From: an uncultured Bacteroidales bacterium
Lineage (GTDB): Bacteria > Bacteroidota > Bacteroidia > Bacteroidales > VadinHA17
DNA: 64,000 nucleotides
Reading direction: 5' to 3'
Assembly: GCA_963725785.1 (NCBI GenBank)
Contig: CAVRZV010000016.1
Span: 251,171 to 315,170, forward strand
In this document: positions 1 to 9,055 of the stretch, one piece after another
How positions within the stretch are numbered: the stretch's first letter is position 1
Layout: each line of letters starts with the position of its first letter
Notes under the pieces: model-generated
Told to the model about the DNA's origin: nothing
Databases searched by the model: none
Seen by the model: the letters and a program-made list of their open reading frames with translations, nothing else
Position numbers and translations under genes: made by a program

Positions 1-1
1 A

Positions 2-292
2 CATTCGGAAGCTGTAAATGTCGAGTTTGAAAAAGAATTCAAAATCGATGATGTGGTAAGATTAATAAATCAGTTCCCCGGGGTTGTGGTTTATGATAAT
101 CCGGCAGAGAACAAATATCCGATGCCGATTCTGGCGCATAACAGGGATGAGGTGTTTGTTGGAAGGATAAGGAGGGACTTTTCGAAAGAAAAATGTCTTA
201 ACCTCTGGATCGTATCAGATAATATCAGAAAAGGCGCAGCGACAAATGCGATTCAGATTGCAGAATATATGGCGGCTAATAAATTATATTAA
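2..292 (+). CDS. asd: aspartate-semialdehyde dehydrogenase, C-terminal fragment (5' end outside window)
   Basis: The frame is open from the window edge. The tail ...SDNIRKGAATNAIQIAEYMAANKLY is a typical Asd C-terminus. The ORF-track start at 53 is an internal GTG. Confidence 0.8.
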   Translation, partial: HSEAVNVEFEKEFKIDDVVRLINQFPGVVVYDNPAENKYPMPILAHNRDEVFVGRIRRDFSKEKCLNLWIVSDNIRKGAATNAIQIAEYMAANKLY

Positions 293-299
293 TCATATT

Positions 300-396
300 C
301 TCTGTGGTCCTCTGTGCCTCCTCTGTGATACTCAGTGTAAGTTCTTAAGAAATTGTTACACAGAGAGACACAGAGAAGACACAGAGCGTCACAGAG
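300..396. repeat. phased heptamer inverted-repeat element, copy A (CTCTGTG x4 / 21-nt loop / CACAGAG x4)
   Basis: CTCTGTG at 300, 310, 321 and CTCAGTG at 331. CACAGAG at 359, 369, 380, 390. Spacing is mirrored (10, 11, 10) and the central loop is 21 nt. It sits between the convergent 3' ends of asd and hflX. Confidence 0.85.
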
Positions 397-411
397 CTGT
401 CAGATAAATTA

Positions 412-1608
412 TTATTCAGTCTGATATAAGAAATCATTAAAAGGATACCTTTTTATATGTAACTTCTTTACTTCCTCATAAAGAAGCTTTCGGAGTTCTT
501 CAATATTTTCCTTAGTCTTTGCTGAAATAAATACAGTCGGGTGATACTTGTCCATCGACATCCAGGTTTTTTTCAAATCGGTTAAAGAATAATTATTCTT
601 CAAAACAGGAGTAAGATCATCCGCATCTTTGACTATATAAGTAAATGCATCGATCTTATTAAAAACCAGCATTAATGGTTTATCAGAGACGCCAAGGTCT
701 TTGAGAGTATTATTTACAACCCTGATCTGTTCTTCAAATGTTGAATGTGAGATATCAATGATGTGTACAAGTAAATCCGATTCTCTTACCTCATCCAGGG
801 TCGATTTGAACGATTCAATAAGGTCAGTAGGGAGTTTACGAATAAAACCGACAGTATCCGAAAGCAAAAACGGCAGGTTACCAATAACAACTTTCCTTAC
901 TGTAGTATCAAGTGTTGCAAAGAGTTTATCTTCTGCAAACACATCTGATTTGCTCAGGAGATTCATAACAGTCGATTTGCCGACATTCGTATAACCGACA
1001 AGAGCTACCCTTATCATTTTTCCACGGTTTTTCCTTTGGGTAATCATCTGGTTATCAATCTTTTTAAGCTGATCCTTAAGTAACGAAATTCTGTCCCTGA
1101 TGACTCTCCTGTCAGTCTCTATTTCAGTTTCACCCGGTCCTCTTAAACCAATACCTCCTCTTTGGCGCTCGAGATGTGTCCACATTCCTGTCAGTCGGGG
1201 AAGAAGGTACTGATACTGCGCCAATTCAACCTGTGTGCGAGCGTGAGAGGTGCGTGCCCGCCGTGCAAAGATATCAAGGATCAGATTTGTCCTGTCGAGA
1301 ATACGGCAACCAAGGGCTTCTTCGATGTTTCTTAACTGGCTGGGTGTCAGTTCATCGTCAAATATGGCAATATCAATTTTATTTTCAGTAACAAACGCGC
1401 CAAGCTCTTTTATCTTGCCTGATCCTACAAAAGTACGTGGATTTGGGACATCCAGCTTCTGGATAAATCTTTTAACAGGCTCTGCTCCGGCAGTCTCCGT
1501 CAGAAATGAGAGTTCTTCCAGGAAATCTTCGGCTTCACTTTCTTCCTGCCCGTGATATAATACCCCAATAAGAATTGCCCTTTCCGGGGGTTTATTTGTA
1601 TCGATCAT
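412..1608 (-). CDS. hflX: GTPase HflX
   Basis: 398 aa. It has the HflX N-terminal domain plus a G domain (GYTNVGKST, DTVGF, NKID). Confidence 0.9.
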   Translation of the reverse strand: MIDTNKPPERAILIGVLYHGQEESEAEDFLEELSFLTETAGAEPVKRFIQKLDVPNPRTFVGSGKIKELGAFVTENKIDIAIFDDELTPSQLRNIEEALGCRILDRTNLILDIFARRARTSHARTQVELAQYQYLLPRLTGMWTHLERQRGGIGLRGPGETEIETDRRVIRDRISLLKDQLKKIDNQMITQRKNRGKMIRVALVGYTNVGKSTVMNLLSKSDVFAEDKLFATLDTTVRKVVIGNLPFLLSDTVGFIRKLPTDLIESFKSTLDEVRESDLLVHIIDISHSTFEEQIRVVNNTLKDLGVSDKPLMLVFNKIDAFTYIVKDADDLTPVLKNNYSLTDLKKTWMSMDKYHPTVFISAKTKENIEELRKLLYEEVKKLHIKRYPFNDFLYQTE

Positions 1609-1654
1609 CTGCTATTAAATACAATAATTCTTCAATTGAGGATTTCTTAAAAAT

Positions 1655-1753
1655 CTTTGTGAACCTTTGTGTAAACCTTTGTGTACCTTAGTGGTAAAAG
1701 CTAATTCATTTAACCACAAAGTAACACAAAGTATAACACAAAGTAACACAAAG
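1655..1753. repeat. phased heptamer inverted-repeat element, copy B (CTTTGTG x4 / 21-nt loop / CACAAAG x4)
   Basis: CTTTGTG at 1655, 1665, 1677 and CTTAGTG at 1687. CACAAAG at 1715, 1725, 1737, 1747. Spacing is mirrored (10, 12, 10) with a 21-nt loop. It lies 47 nt upstream of the hflX start. Confidence 0.85.
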
Positions 1754-1830
1754 GAAATACAATGCAGATTAATAACTTTCTTGACAGTCTCCAGAATTAT
1801 TACAGTGCATATTAACTATTATACAATAAC

Positions 1831-3003
1831 TTAATATATAAACCGCCTGTCATTCTGAATAGCTCCCCTGATTGCCCTTTTAAGCGATTCAGAACATCGC
1901 ATAATCATATCTATATCTGTTGGAAATGGAACGATTGATGTTTTAGTTCTCTCCAGCTGTGTTGCATTGAGAGCCTGGATATCACCAAGAGCACGTGAAG
2001 AGACGTTTTCAAAATTTGCCTGGGCTCCTATCGGATCCTTTGTCAGTGCTTTATTCGGGTTCACCTGGATCACTTCCACATCACCGTCTATGCGGCAAGC
2101 TTTTGATTGAATGGTTTCGACAAGAGCACATTGCACAGTTTTGTATTTTTTCTGTTTGATGTCATTCCCAAGAGAATCTCTCATTACATTGCCTTTCTTA
2201 TCCAGAACATAAGAAAAACCATCTTCAATATCCCTTTTAATAACGGAATCCCTTTGCACAGACTGATCGTTACTGACTGCAACATTTTTTATATTCACAT
2301 TTACAAAATAATCATACTGGGTCCTGCCATCCAAATTCTGTGTGTGAAATTCAACCCATTCCGAGTTCAGACGCGGCAGATCAAGAGCAAGAAGATCATC
2401 TTCGAACTCTCTGGGAAATTTCAGGATTGAACTATTCTGAATTGAGACAAATACCCTGCTCATTCCATTAAGTTTTGCCTCCTGTATTTTATTATCAATT
2501 CCCTCATAATCTCCGACATACTCTTTTGCCCTGACAAATTCTGCAAATGCCTGCCTGTAGGATTCTTTTAAGCCGCTCTTCATCAGTTCATTACCATGAG
2601 CAAAATAGAAATCTGCCGCTTTATGCTTTGCATTGATCATTTCAGGTAAATAATCGATATAAGAATAATTAATAGTTTTCCCGTTAAAATCTAACGGAGT
2701 TACAGTTCTTACAAGTGATTGTCTGTCGTTGAGCGCTTTATATACAAGATAAATCTCGTCCCAGTTATTTGGTTTACCTTCCAATTTCAGCATACGAACT
2801 CTTTCATTATCCTGGTCATTAGCAATTTTGTATGCCTGATCGAGAATATCTATCTGTTTGATATCAGTTTTATCTTTCCGCAGTTGTTTAACAGCTTTTT
2901 GGATAGCTGCATCATAGTTTCCTTTTACGAGTTGCTTCTTGGAAGAACCACAGCCCGACGCGATTAAGGTTAATACAAAAATTAAGGGTACAAGTTTTTT
3001 CAT
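1831..3003 (-). CDS. hypothetical lipoprotein
   Basis: 390-aa ORF with a signal peptide and lipobox (LTLIASGC). I did not recognise a family. Confidence 0.6.
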   Translation of the reverse strand: MKKLVPLIFVLTLIASGCGSSKKQLVKGNYDAAIQKAVKQLRKDKTDIKQIDILDQAYKIANDQDNERVRMLKLEGKPNNWDEIYLVYKALNDRQSLVRTVTPLDFNGKTINYSYIDYLPEMINAKHKAADFYFAHGNELMKSGLKESYRQAFAEFVRAKEYVGDYEGIDNKIQEAKLNGMSRVFVSIQNSSILKFPREFEDDLLALDLPRLNSEWVEFHTQNLDGRTQYDYFVNVNIKNVAVSNDQSVQRDSVIKRDIEDGFSYVLDKKGNVMRDSLGNDIKQKKYKTVQCALVETIQSKACRIDGDVEVIQVNPNKALTKDPIGAQANFENVSSRALGDIQALNATQLERTKTSIVPFPTDIDMIMRCSESLKRAIRGAIQNDRRFIY

Positions 3004-3095
3004 ATAGCTTAAATTAAAAATATATCAGTATAAAGATAAGAAAAACATTGAAATTCAAAATATCCGCAAGTGCCTCTTTTTCTGATACTTAAAAT

Positions 3096-3881
3096 TTAAA
3101 ACATAAAATTCAGAGGGATTGAATATCTTACCCTGACAGGTTCACCTCGTTGAAGACCTGGTGTCCATTTGGGCGATTCGGAAATGGCTTTTATTGCTTC
3201 ATTGTCAAGCAATGGATCTACCCCTTTAACAACTGTCACATTGCTTACTGAGCCATCCTTTTCAACAATGAATGTGAGATACACTCTTCCTCTAATCTTT
3301 TTATCGTAGGCAACCTGTGGATAATTAGTCCGTTTTTGTACCCAATCGCGGAATTTCTCTATACCACCTCCTTTAAATGTAGGCATTACTTCTACGAGGA
3401 AAAAGGGTTCATCTGACTCAGTTCCATCCTGTCCGAAAAGATTATCACCCGCACCTGTTCCCTTTACATCAGAATTATCTTTTGTTGTCTCATTTAATAT
3501 TTCATCCGTTGAAGGTTGTGATTTTTCGAGAGGCGATACGCTGTCAACTACTACCGGTGGAACATATTGTACCAGTTCTTCCACGTGGACTGCCTGCCGG
3601 GGAGGAGGAGAAGGAGGAACAAATATTTGCTCTTTAGGAGGTTCAAGATTTTCCATGGTTACCTGAACATAACTCCCAGACCCATTAAGCACATTATTGG
3701 TATGAGGAACAAGAACAAATGGGAGAATAACTAATAAACTTACTATTAAAGAGGCAAGAAGTAATCCGGTAATAACCACGGAATTATATCGTTTACGAAG
3801 CTGATAAGCACCATAATCCCTGTTCCGCGCCTGAAAAAGCAGATCATCAAAATCGAGCCATTTTCTTAGATTATCGAACAT
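3096..3881 (-). CDS. TonB family energy transducer (C-terminal TonB_C domain)
   Basis: I take the start as MFDNLRKW at 3881. The protein has a TM anchor, a Pro-rich linker (PPSPPPRQ) and a TonB_C-like tail. The ORF-track extension to 4181 just translates the hexamer repeat (LNLNLN). Confidence 0.75.
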   Translation of the reverse strand: MFDNLRKWLDFDDLLFQARNRDYGAYQLRKRYNSVVITGLLLASLIVSLLVILPFVLVPHTNNVLNGSGSYVQVTMENLEPPKEQIFVPPSPPPRQAVHVEELVQYVPPVVVDSVSPLEKSQPSTDEILNETTKDNSDVKGTGAGDNLFGQDGTESDEPFFLVEVMPTFKGGGIEKFRDWVQKRTNYPQVAYDKKIRGRVYLTFIVEKDGSVSNVTVVKGVDPLLDNEAIKAISESPKWTPGLQRGEPVRVRYSIPLNFMF

Positions 3882-3940
3882 TCCTGTAATTCGTCTATTT
3901 ATTTGAAGTGTCCCATTATTACAAGTGGAACAAATCAACT

Positions 3941-3984
3941 GAAGCCGGAAGCCGGAAGTCGGAAGTTTGACTTCTGACTTCTGT
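3941..3984. repeat. GAAGYCG heptamer tandem repeat folding onto ACTTCTGACTTC
   Basis: The sequence reads gaagccg gaagccg gaagtcg gaagt ttg acttc tgacttc tg. The arms pair with G:T wobbles. Confidence 0.6.
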
Positions 3985-4067
3985 CTGCTAATTTTTAAAT
4001 GCGCGGCAAAAATACCAAAATAGTGGCTTTTTGCCAAAACAATAATGTTAAGTAAATCATAAATATT

Positions 4068-4167
4068 GAGGTTGAGGCTGAGATTAAGGCTGAGGTTAAG
4101 GCTGAGGTTAAGGTTAAGGTTAAGGTTAAGGTTAAGGTTAAGGTTAAGGCTGGAGATTCTTAACCTT
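4068..4167. repeat. hexamer microsatellite (RAGGYT)14 with 6 perfect AAGGTT, plus a terminal hairpin
   Basis: There are 14 consecutive hexamers at 4068-4151, with perfect AAGGTT at 4110-4145. aaggttaag (4140-4148) pairs with cttaacctt (4159-4167). Confidence 0.85.
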
Positions 4168-4241
4168 TTCAACCCATTCAACTTTTCAACCCTTCACTAT
4201 ATTTTTATATTTCAATTTTTTCTTACATTTGACAACTCTTT

Positions 4242-4317
4242 GGGGGTTTAGCTCAGTTGGCTAGAGCGTGTGACTGGCAGTCACAAGGTCGGGAGTTCGA
4301 TTCTCCCAATCTCCACC
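4242..4317 (+). tRNA. tRNA-Ala (anticodon GGC)
   Basis: A cloverleaf can be drawn by hand. The acceptor GGGGGTT/AATCTCC includes the G3:U70 Ala identity pair, the anticodon loop is CTGGCAG, and the T-arm is GGGAGTTCGATTCTCCC. Confidence 0.9.
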
Positions 4318-4320
4318 TTC

Positions 4321-4352
4321 GCCCTCCATAGCTTTAGCGACGGAGGGCTTTT
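4321..4352 (+). terminator. hairpin plus T-run after tRNA-Ala
   Basis: gccctcc (4321-4327) pairs with ggagggc (4342-4348), followed by tttt. Confidence 0.6.
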
Positions 4353-4541
4353 CTATCTGCAGAATATGTTCCATCAGATAATGGCAATAATCTGAAGAAT
4401 ATTCAGTTAATATTCAGACATATTTCTGATGATTTGTTCATTCAGTGCTAAATAGGTAAAAAAAAATTTAGCCATATACTGAAAAGAATCAGTTTTTTTC
4501 TAACTTCGGTTTTTCGCAACGCTGATCGTCGCAACCAATTT

Positions 4542-7500
4542 ATGAGTGAAGAGATTTTAAAAGCGTTAATGGAGCTATTTGCCCTGATTGTAAAACAGGA
4601 CGGAGGAATACTTTTGAACGAACGTGAGTATGTTTCCGGTTTTCTGAACAAACAGCTTACCAAAGAAACCGTGGATGAATATCTGGCCTTATTTGATCAG
4701 CATGCCGGACAGGTTCTTCAAAGATCTGTTGTAAAAGAACTCTCCACACCATCTGTAAAAGACTCGGTTAAGATTCTGGGGATATGTAAAAAGATTAACC
4801 GCACTCTTAATCAGGAACAGAAAGTAGTTGTTCTGATGCGACTTTATGAACTGGTTAATACCGACAGGCAGTTCACTCCTCAGAGAATGAACATAATAAA
4901 TACTGTCGCAGAGGTTTTCAAAATATCTTCCGGAGAATTTGCAGCAACTGAACAGTTTGTTAAAAATGACAATCCGGAAGATCTCAGGAATCCTGCAATT
5001 CTTGTTCTAGCTCCCGGTGATGAAGAATGTGAATTGTGCAGAAGAATGAAAACCGGTTATCAGGACACAAGAATTTTCATTTTAAGAATTGCGAGTGTTG
5101 ACCTGTATTTTATCAGGTATATTTCAAAAGATCAGTTATATCTCAATGGCCTTCCGATAAGATCGGGCCAGGTGTACACATTTGCTAAAGGAGGTTCAAT
5201 AAAATCACAACAAGGACATTCAATTTACTACAGCGACATCAGTTCAAGTTTTCTTTCCGATATAATTATACATAAAATTTCATTCACAGTCGAAAATCTC
5301 TCCTATCATTTCAGAGAAGGCCATGCAGCAGTTGATAATGTAAGCTTTTCAATTGAGGAAGGAAAGCTAATTGGAATTATGGGAGCAAGCGGATCGGGAA
5401 AGACAACATTAATGAATCTGATGAGCGGTATTCAGAAACCTTCCTCGGGAAGTGTCAGGATTAACGGGTTGGATGTGGTAAGGGATAATATAAAACTTGA
5501 AGGCGTTTTTGGATATGTTCCTCAGGATGACCTGCTTATTGAAGATCTGACTGTATTTGAGAATCTGTTTTTTGCTGCCTGTCAATGCTTTAAAGATAAA
5601 TCAAGGGAGGAGATAACCTCACTTGTTGATCATACCCTTTCAAATCTGGGATTACTTGAAAAGAGAGGATTAAAAGTCGGATCACCCTTTAACAAAGTTA
5701 TAAGCGGAGGGCAGAGAAAAAGGTTGAATATTGCATTGGAACTTATAAGAGAACCATTGGTTTTGTTTCTCGATGAGCCAACTTCGGGCCTCTCTTCCAG
5801 AGATTCCGAAAACCTTATGGACCTTCTTCGCGACCTGACACTTAAGGGGAAACTGGTTTTTACGGTCATTCATCAGCCATCTTCTGAGATATTCAAAATG
5901 TTTGATAAGGTCATAATCCTCGATCAGGGTGGGTATATGGCATATTTTGGAAATCCGGTCGATTCAGTTATATACTTTAAGACTCTCGATGCGCAGATAA
6001 ACTCAAATCAGGGAGAGTGCCCGTCGTGTGGAAATGTAAATCCTGAAACTATCTTTAATATCATTGAAACCCAGGTTGTTGACGAGTTTGGAAAGTATAC
6101 TGAGAAGCGAAAAGTCAGGCCAAAGGAGTGGGCTAATACTTTTAGTTCGAAACATCCTTTTAAACGGGTACCTGAGATTCAGGAGCCACCTCATAAGAAT
6201 CTGCAGAGACCAGGTCTTTGGAAACAATTCCAGATTTATTTTTCCAGAGACTTAAAGAGTAAAATTTCCAACACACAATATGTCCTGCTCACTATTCTTG
6301 AGGCTCCCATCCTTGGATTTGTTCTTTCATTCATTATCAGGTACATACCCGATCCCGATTCCAAAATCTACATCTTTTCAGAAAATGAGAATATCCCGAT
6401 CTACATTTTCATGAGCCTGATCGTCGCTCTGTTCATTGGATTGACAATAAGTGCTGAGGAGATTTTCCGTGACAGAAAAATTCTGAAAAGAGAGCGTTTT
6501 CTTAACTTAAGCCGCAACAGCTATCTGCTTTCCAAGGTTGCAATTCTGGTCATGATATCTACAATCCAGACACTTCTTTTCGTTTTAATAGCAAATCCGA
6601 TCCTTGGAATAAAAGGCATGTATTTTAATTACTGGCTCGCTTTGTTTGCCACTGCATTTTGTGCTAACATGCTTGGGTTGAATATTTCAGCTTCATTTAA
6701 TTCCGCCATCACAATCTACATTGTTATTCCTCTTATGATAATACCAATGATGGTGCTTAGCGGAGCTATGTTTCCCTTTGACAAACTGAACAGAAGCATA
6801 GGCAATGTTGATAAAGTGCCCATTATTGCCGAATTAATGCCCACTCGGTGGACTTATGAAGCTCTTATTGTTTCTCAGTTTAAGGATAATAAATACAGTA
6901 AAACTCAATTTACAAAGGACGGTGAGACATACTACCAGCTTCAAAAGAAAATCAGTGAAGCTGACTTTAATAAGGTTCACCGGATTAAAGCATTACGGGA
7001 TGCTCTTGAGACTACTCTTTTCGAATACAGGAGTAACCCCAAAAATATTGTAAAAAGCGAGGTACCTGTTGTAAAGAAGTCGACACGCAGGTTCAGTAAG
7101 CTGCAGCTGCTGAAAAACGAACTGGAAAAGATGACTGCTGTCTATCATGTTCCTGCATTCACATATATTTCTGACCTGACACCTTATGAATTCAATCCCG
7201 GGATTGCAGATTCTCTATCATCTTACTTCAACAGAATGGACAGATTATTTAGCAAAATTTCAAATACAGCAAGCGACAGGAGGGATATTTTTTACAATAT
7301 GAATGATTTATTACTGAAGAAACTGGAGGATGATTATTATAATTATAAACTTCTAGAAATTGTTACAAAACCTTACGAAAGGAAGAAAATTCTTTTGTAT
7401 AATAACTCTCTTGTTCAAAATACTGATCCGATTTATCTTGATCCGTACAAGAGCGGTTTTCTTAATTTCAGAACACATTTTTATGCTCCGGCAAAATATA

Positions 7501-7640
7501 TATTCGGGCTAAAGACCGACACTTTTGTTTTTAATATTTCTCTGGTTCTTCTTGGCTCGTTGTTTCTTTATCTAACGCTTTATTTTGAATTGCTTGGAAA
7601 GGCGGTACGGTTTTTTGAAAATTTAAAATTCCGAAAATAA
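4542..7640 (+). CDS. ABC transporter, fused ATP-binding and ABC-2-type permease, with a long N-terminal extension
   Basis: 1032 aa. It has Walker A (GASGSGKTT), the signature SGGQRKR, Walker B (LFLDEPTSGL), a multi-TM permease region and a C-terminal extension. Confidence 0.85.
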   Translation: MSEEILKALMELFALIVKQDGGILLNEREYVSGFLNKQLTKETVDEYLALFDQHAGQVLQRSVVKELSTPSVKDSVKILGICKKINRTLNQEQKVVVLMRLYELVNTDRQFTPQRMNIINTVAEVFKISSGEFAATEQFVKNDNPEDLRNPAILVLAPGDEECELCRRMKTGYQDTRIFILRIASVDLYFIRYISKDQLYLNGLPIRSGQVYTFAKGGSIKSQQGHSIYYSDISSSFLSDIIIHKISFTVENLSYHFREGHAAVDNVSFSIEEGKLIGIMGASGSGKTTLMNLMSGIQKPSSGSVRINGLDVVRDNIKLEGVFGYVPQDDLLIEDLTVFENLFFAACQCFKDKSREEITSLVDHTLSNLGLLEKRGLKVGSPFNKVISGGQRKRLNIALELIREPLVLFLDEPTSGLSSRDSENLMDLLRDLTLKGKLVFTVIHQPSSEIFKMFDKVIILDQGGYMAYFGNPVDSVIYFKTLDAQINSNQGECPSCGNVNPETIFNIIETQVVDEFGKYTEKRKVRPKEWANTFSSKHPFKRVPEIQEPPHKNLQRPGLWKQFQIYFSRDLKSKISNTQYVLLTILEAPILGFVLSFIIRYIPDPDSKIYIFSENENIPIYIFMSLIVALFIGLTISAEEIFRDRKILKRERFLNLSRNSYLLSKVAILVMISTIQTLLFVLIANPILGIKGMYFNYWLALFATAFCANMLGLNISASFNSAITIYIVIPLMIIPMMVLSGAMFPFDKLNRSIGNVDKVPIIAELMPTRWTYEALIVSQFKDNKYSKTQFTKDGETYYQLQKKISEADFNKVHRIKALRDALETTLFEYRSNPKNIVKSEVPVVKKSTRRFSKLQLLKNELEKMTAVYHVPAFTYISDLTPYEFNPGIADSLSSYFNRMDRLFSKISNTASDRRDIFYNMNDLLLKKLEDDYYNYKLLEIVTKPYERKKILLYNNSLVQNTDPIYLDPYKSGFLNFRTHFYAPAKYIFGLKTDTFVFNISLVLLGSLFLYLTLYFELLGKAVRFFENLKFRK

Positions 7641-7671
7641 ACATTTAATACATTGTTAATCTGTTTTTTTG

Positions 7672-7679
7672 TATTTTTG
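7672..7679 (+). promoter_or_regulatory. putative Bacteroidetes -7 box (TAnnTTTG)
   Basis: tatttttg lies 24 nt upstream of the ATG at 7703. Confidence 0.3.
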
Positions 7680-7702
7680 TATTAATTTATGCATCATCCT
7701 AA

Positions 7703-8614
7703 ATGAAAGGGAGAGTATTTTTATTGCTGATCATAGTGTCTATTGGTTTCTCATGCAGAAACTCAAAAAGCAAAACTGCTGAATTTGTTTTTCCTCAATC
7801 CGATTCGGTCCCGGTTTCTGAAGCTGAAAAATTAAGCCCGGAAGCAATTGCTGATATCTCAAAGAATATCTCATCACCCGTTGAGATTGCCAATCTGCTT
7901 CAGACCCTTCAGGTTCCCTTCTCACAAAATTACCTTGCTGAATCAATTGATGCCAATAAACAAAGTACCAACTTTGACAAAGCTCTTAAACTTGGTATTC
8001 TCGGAGCTGACCTCGGATATCTGAATATGTACGAAAAAACAGGTTCTTCCCTTGATGTTCTCTCCTCCATTAGGAAGATTGCCGAGGATATTAAAGTAGG
8101 GCAGTTTTTCGATTTCGAATCAATAAAAAGATTATCGAAAAACAAATCCAACCTTGACTCTCTGTTATTTATTTCGATTGATTCTTATAACAAGATTGAT
8201 AGTTATCTAAGGAGCAATGACCGTGGCCAGTTTTCAGCTCTGATGATAATCGGTGTTTGGATTGAAGGACAGTATCTGGCAACACAAGTGGTAAACCAGT
8301 ATAATGATAAAAAACTTAGCGACAGAATAGGGGAACAGAAAATTATCCTTAACGATCTTCTCCTCCTTATCAGTCCATATTGTAACCGCGATACTCAATT
8401 TGCGAATCTCTGTAAGGATATGCAGGATATTAAAGAAAAGTATCGCGATATTAGAATTACCTATACCCAGGGAGAACCCATAAGTGTGGAAAAAGATGGA
8501 GGACTGACAATTAAACAGACGGAAACGAGTGTTGTTACAATGACTAAAGAACAACTGACCGGCGTTATTGAAATTACCAGGAATATCAGAAACAGGCTAA
8601 TTTTAAATAATTAG
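7703..8614 (+). CDS. hypothetical lipoprotein
   Basis: 303-aa ORF with a signal peptide and Cys (IGFSC). It is tightly coupled to the next ORF. Confidence 0.55.
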   Translation: MKGRVFLLLIIVSIGFSCRNSKSKTAEFVFPQSDSVPVSEAEKLSPEAIADISKNISSPVEIANLLQTLQVPFSQNYLAESIDANKQSTNFDKALKLGILGADLGYLNMYEKTGSSLDVLSSIRKIAEDIKVGQFFDFESIKRLSKNKSNLDSLLFISIDSYNKIDSYLRSNDRGQFSALMIIGVWIEGQYLATQVVNQYNDKKLSDRIGEQKIILNDLLLLISPYCNRDTQFANLCKDMQDIKEKYRDIRITYTQGEPISVEKDGGLTIKQTETSVVTMTKEQLTGVIEITRNIRNRLILNN

Positions 8615-8615
8615 T

Positions 8616-9050
8616 ATGAAAAAAAGTATTATAACACTCACATTTTTATTTACTCTCGGATTCTTGTCTTACGGACAAGTAACAGATCCTCTCATAAGTA
8701 AATGTGCGACAAACGCCGGGGCCAATGCAAGATATCTGAAGGATTTCCGCATTCAACTCGGAAAAACTGCACCTCAGAGTGACTTAAGATACAAAGCAAA
8801 TATGTCGCTCTGGAAAAATACCAAGTACCGGTTTACAATGTGCAATGCTGAGAATTCAAAGGGTCAGCTTATATTGGCAATTAAAGATGAAGCCAATAAA
8901 GTGATTCTTTCTTCATTCGATAAAAAAACCGGCAAGATCTATCCTTTCATTGATTTTGAATGTCAGAAAAGCGGAATCTATCAGATAAGTTATGATTTCA
9001 ATAACGGACAACAGGGCTCTGGTGTTGGTGTTGTCTCTATGATAAAATAA
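8616..9050 (+). CDS. hypothetical secreted protein
   Basis: 144-aa ORF with an N-terminal signal peptide. It starts 2 nt after the upstream stop. Confidence 0.5.
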   Translation: MKKSIITLTFLFTLGFLSYGQVTDPLISKCATNAGANARYLKDFRIQLGKTAPQSDLRYKANMSLWKNTKYRFTMCNAENSKGQLILAIKDEANKVILSSFDKKTGKIYPFIDFECQKSGIYQISYDFNNGQQGSGVGVVSMIK

Positions 9051-9055
9051 TTCAT

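Noticed and set aside
701-1555. Antisense ORFs inside hflX (701-994, 1176-1391, 1250-1555). Similar nested ORFs occur inside the DUF2723, purD, DUF5916, MFS, TBDR, ctp and sdhA genes.
   Set aside because: They lie wholly within well-supported genes on the opposite strand or in another frame. Their composition is low-complexity or Ser/Arg/Leu-rich, and no motifs were recognised.
4068-4151. A possible CRISPR array or other spacer-containing repeat.
   Set aside because: The units are 6 nt and directly abutting, with no spacers. No cas genes or CRISPR-length (24-48 nt) repeats occur anywhere in the window.
3882-4251. ORF-track N-terminal extension of the TonB gene (LNLNLNLN...) and the opposite-strand ORF 4066-4251 (RLRLRLRL...).
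   Set aside because: Both are simply translations of the AAGGTT hexamer microsatellite and adjacent hairpins. A conventional TonB start (MFDNLRKW plus a TM anchor) exists at 3881, and ORF 4066-4251 overlaps tRNA-Ala.
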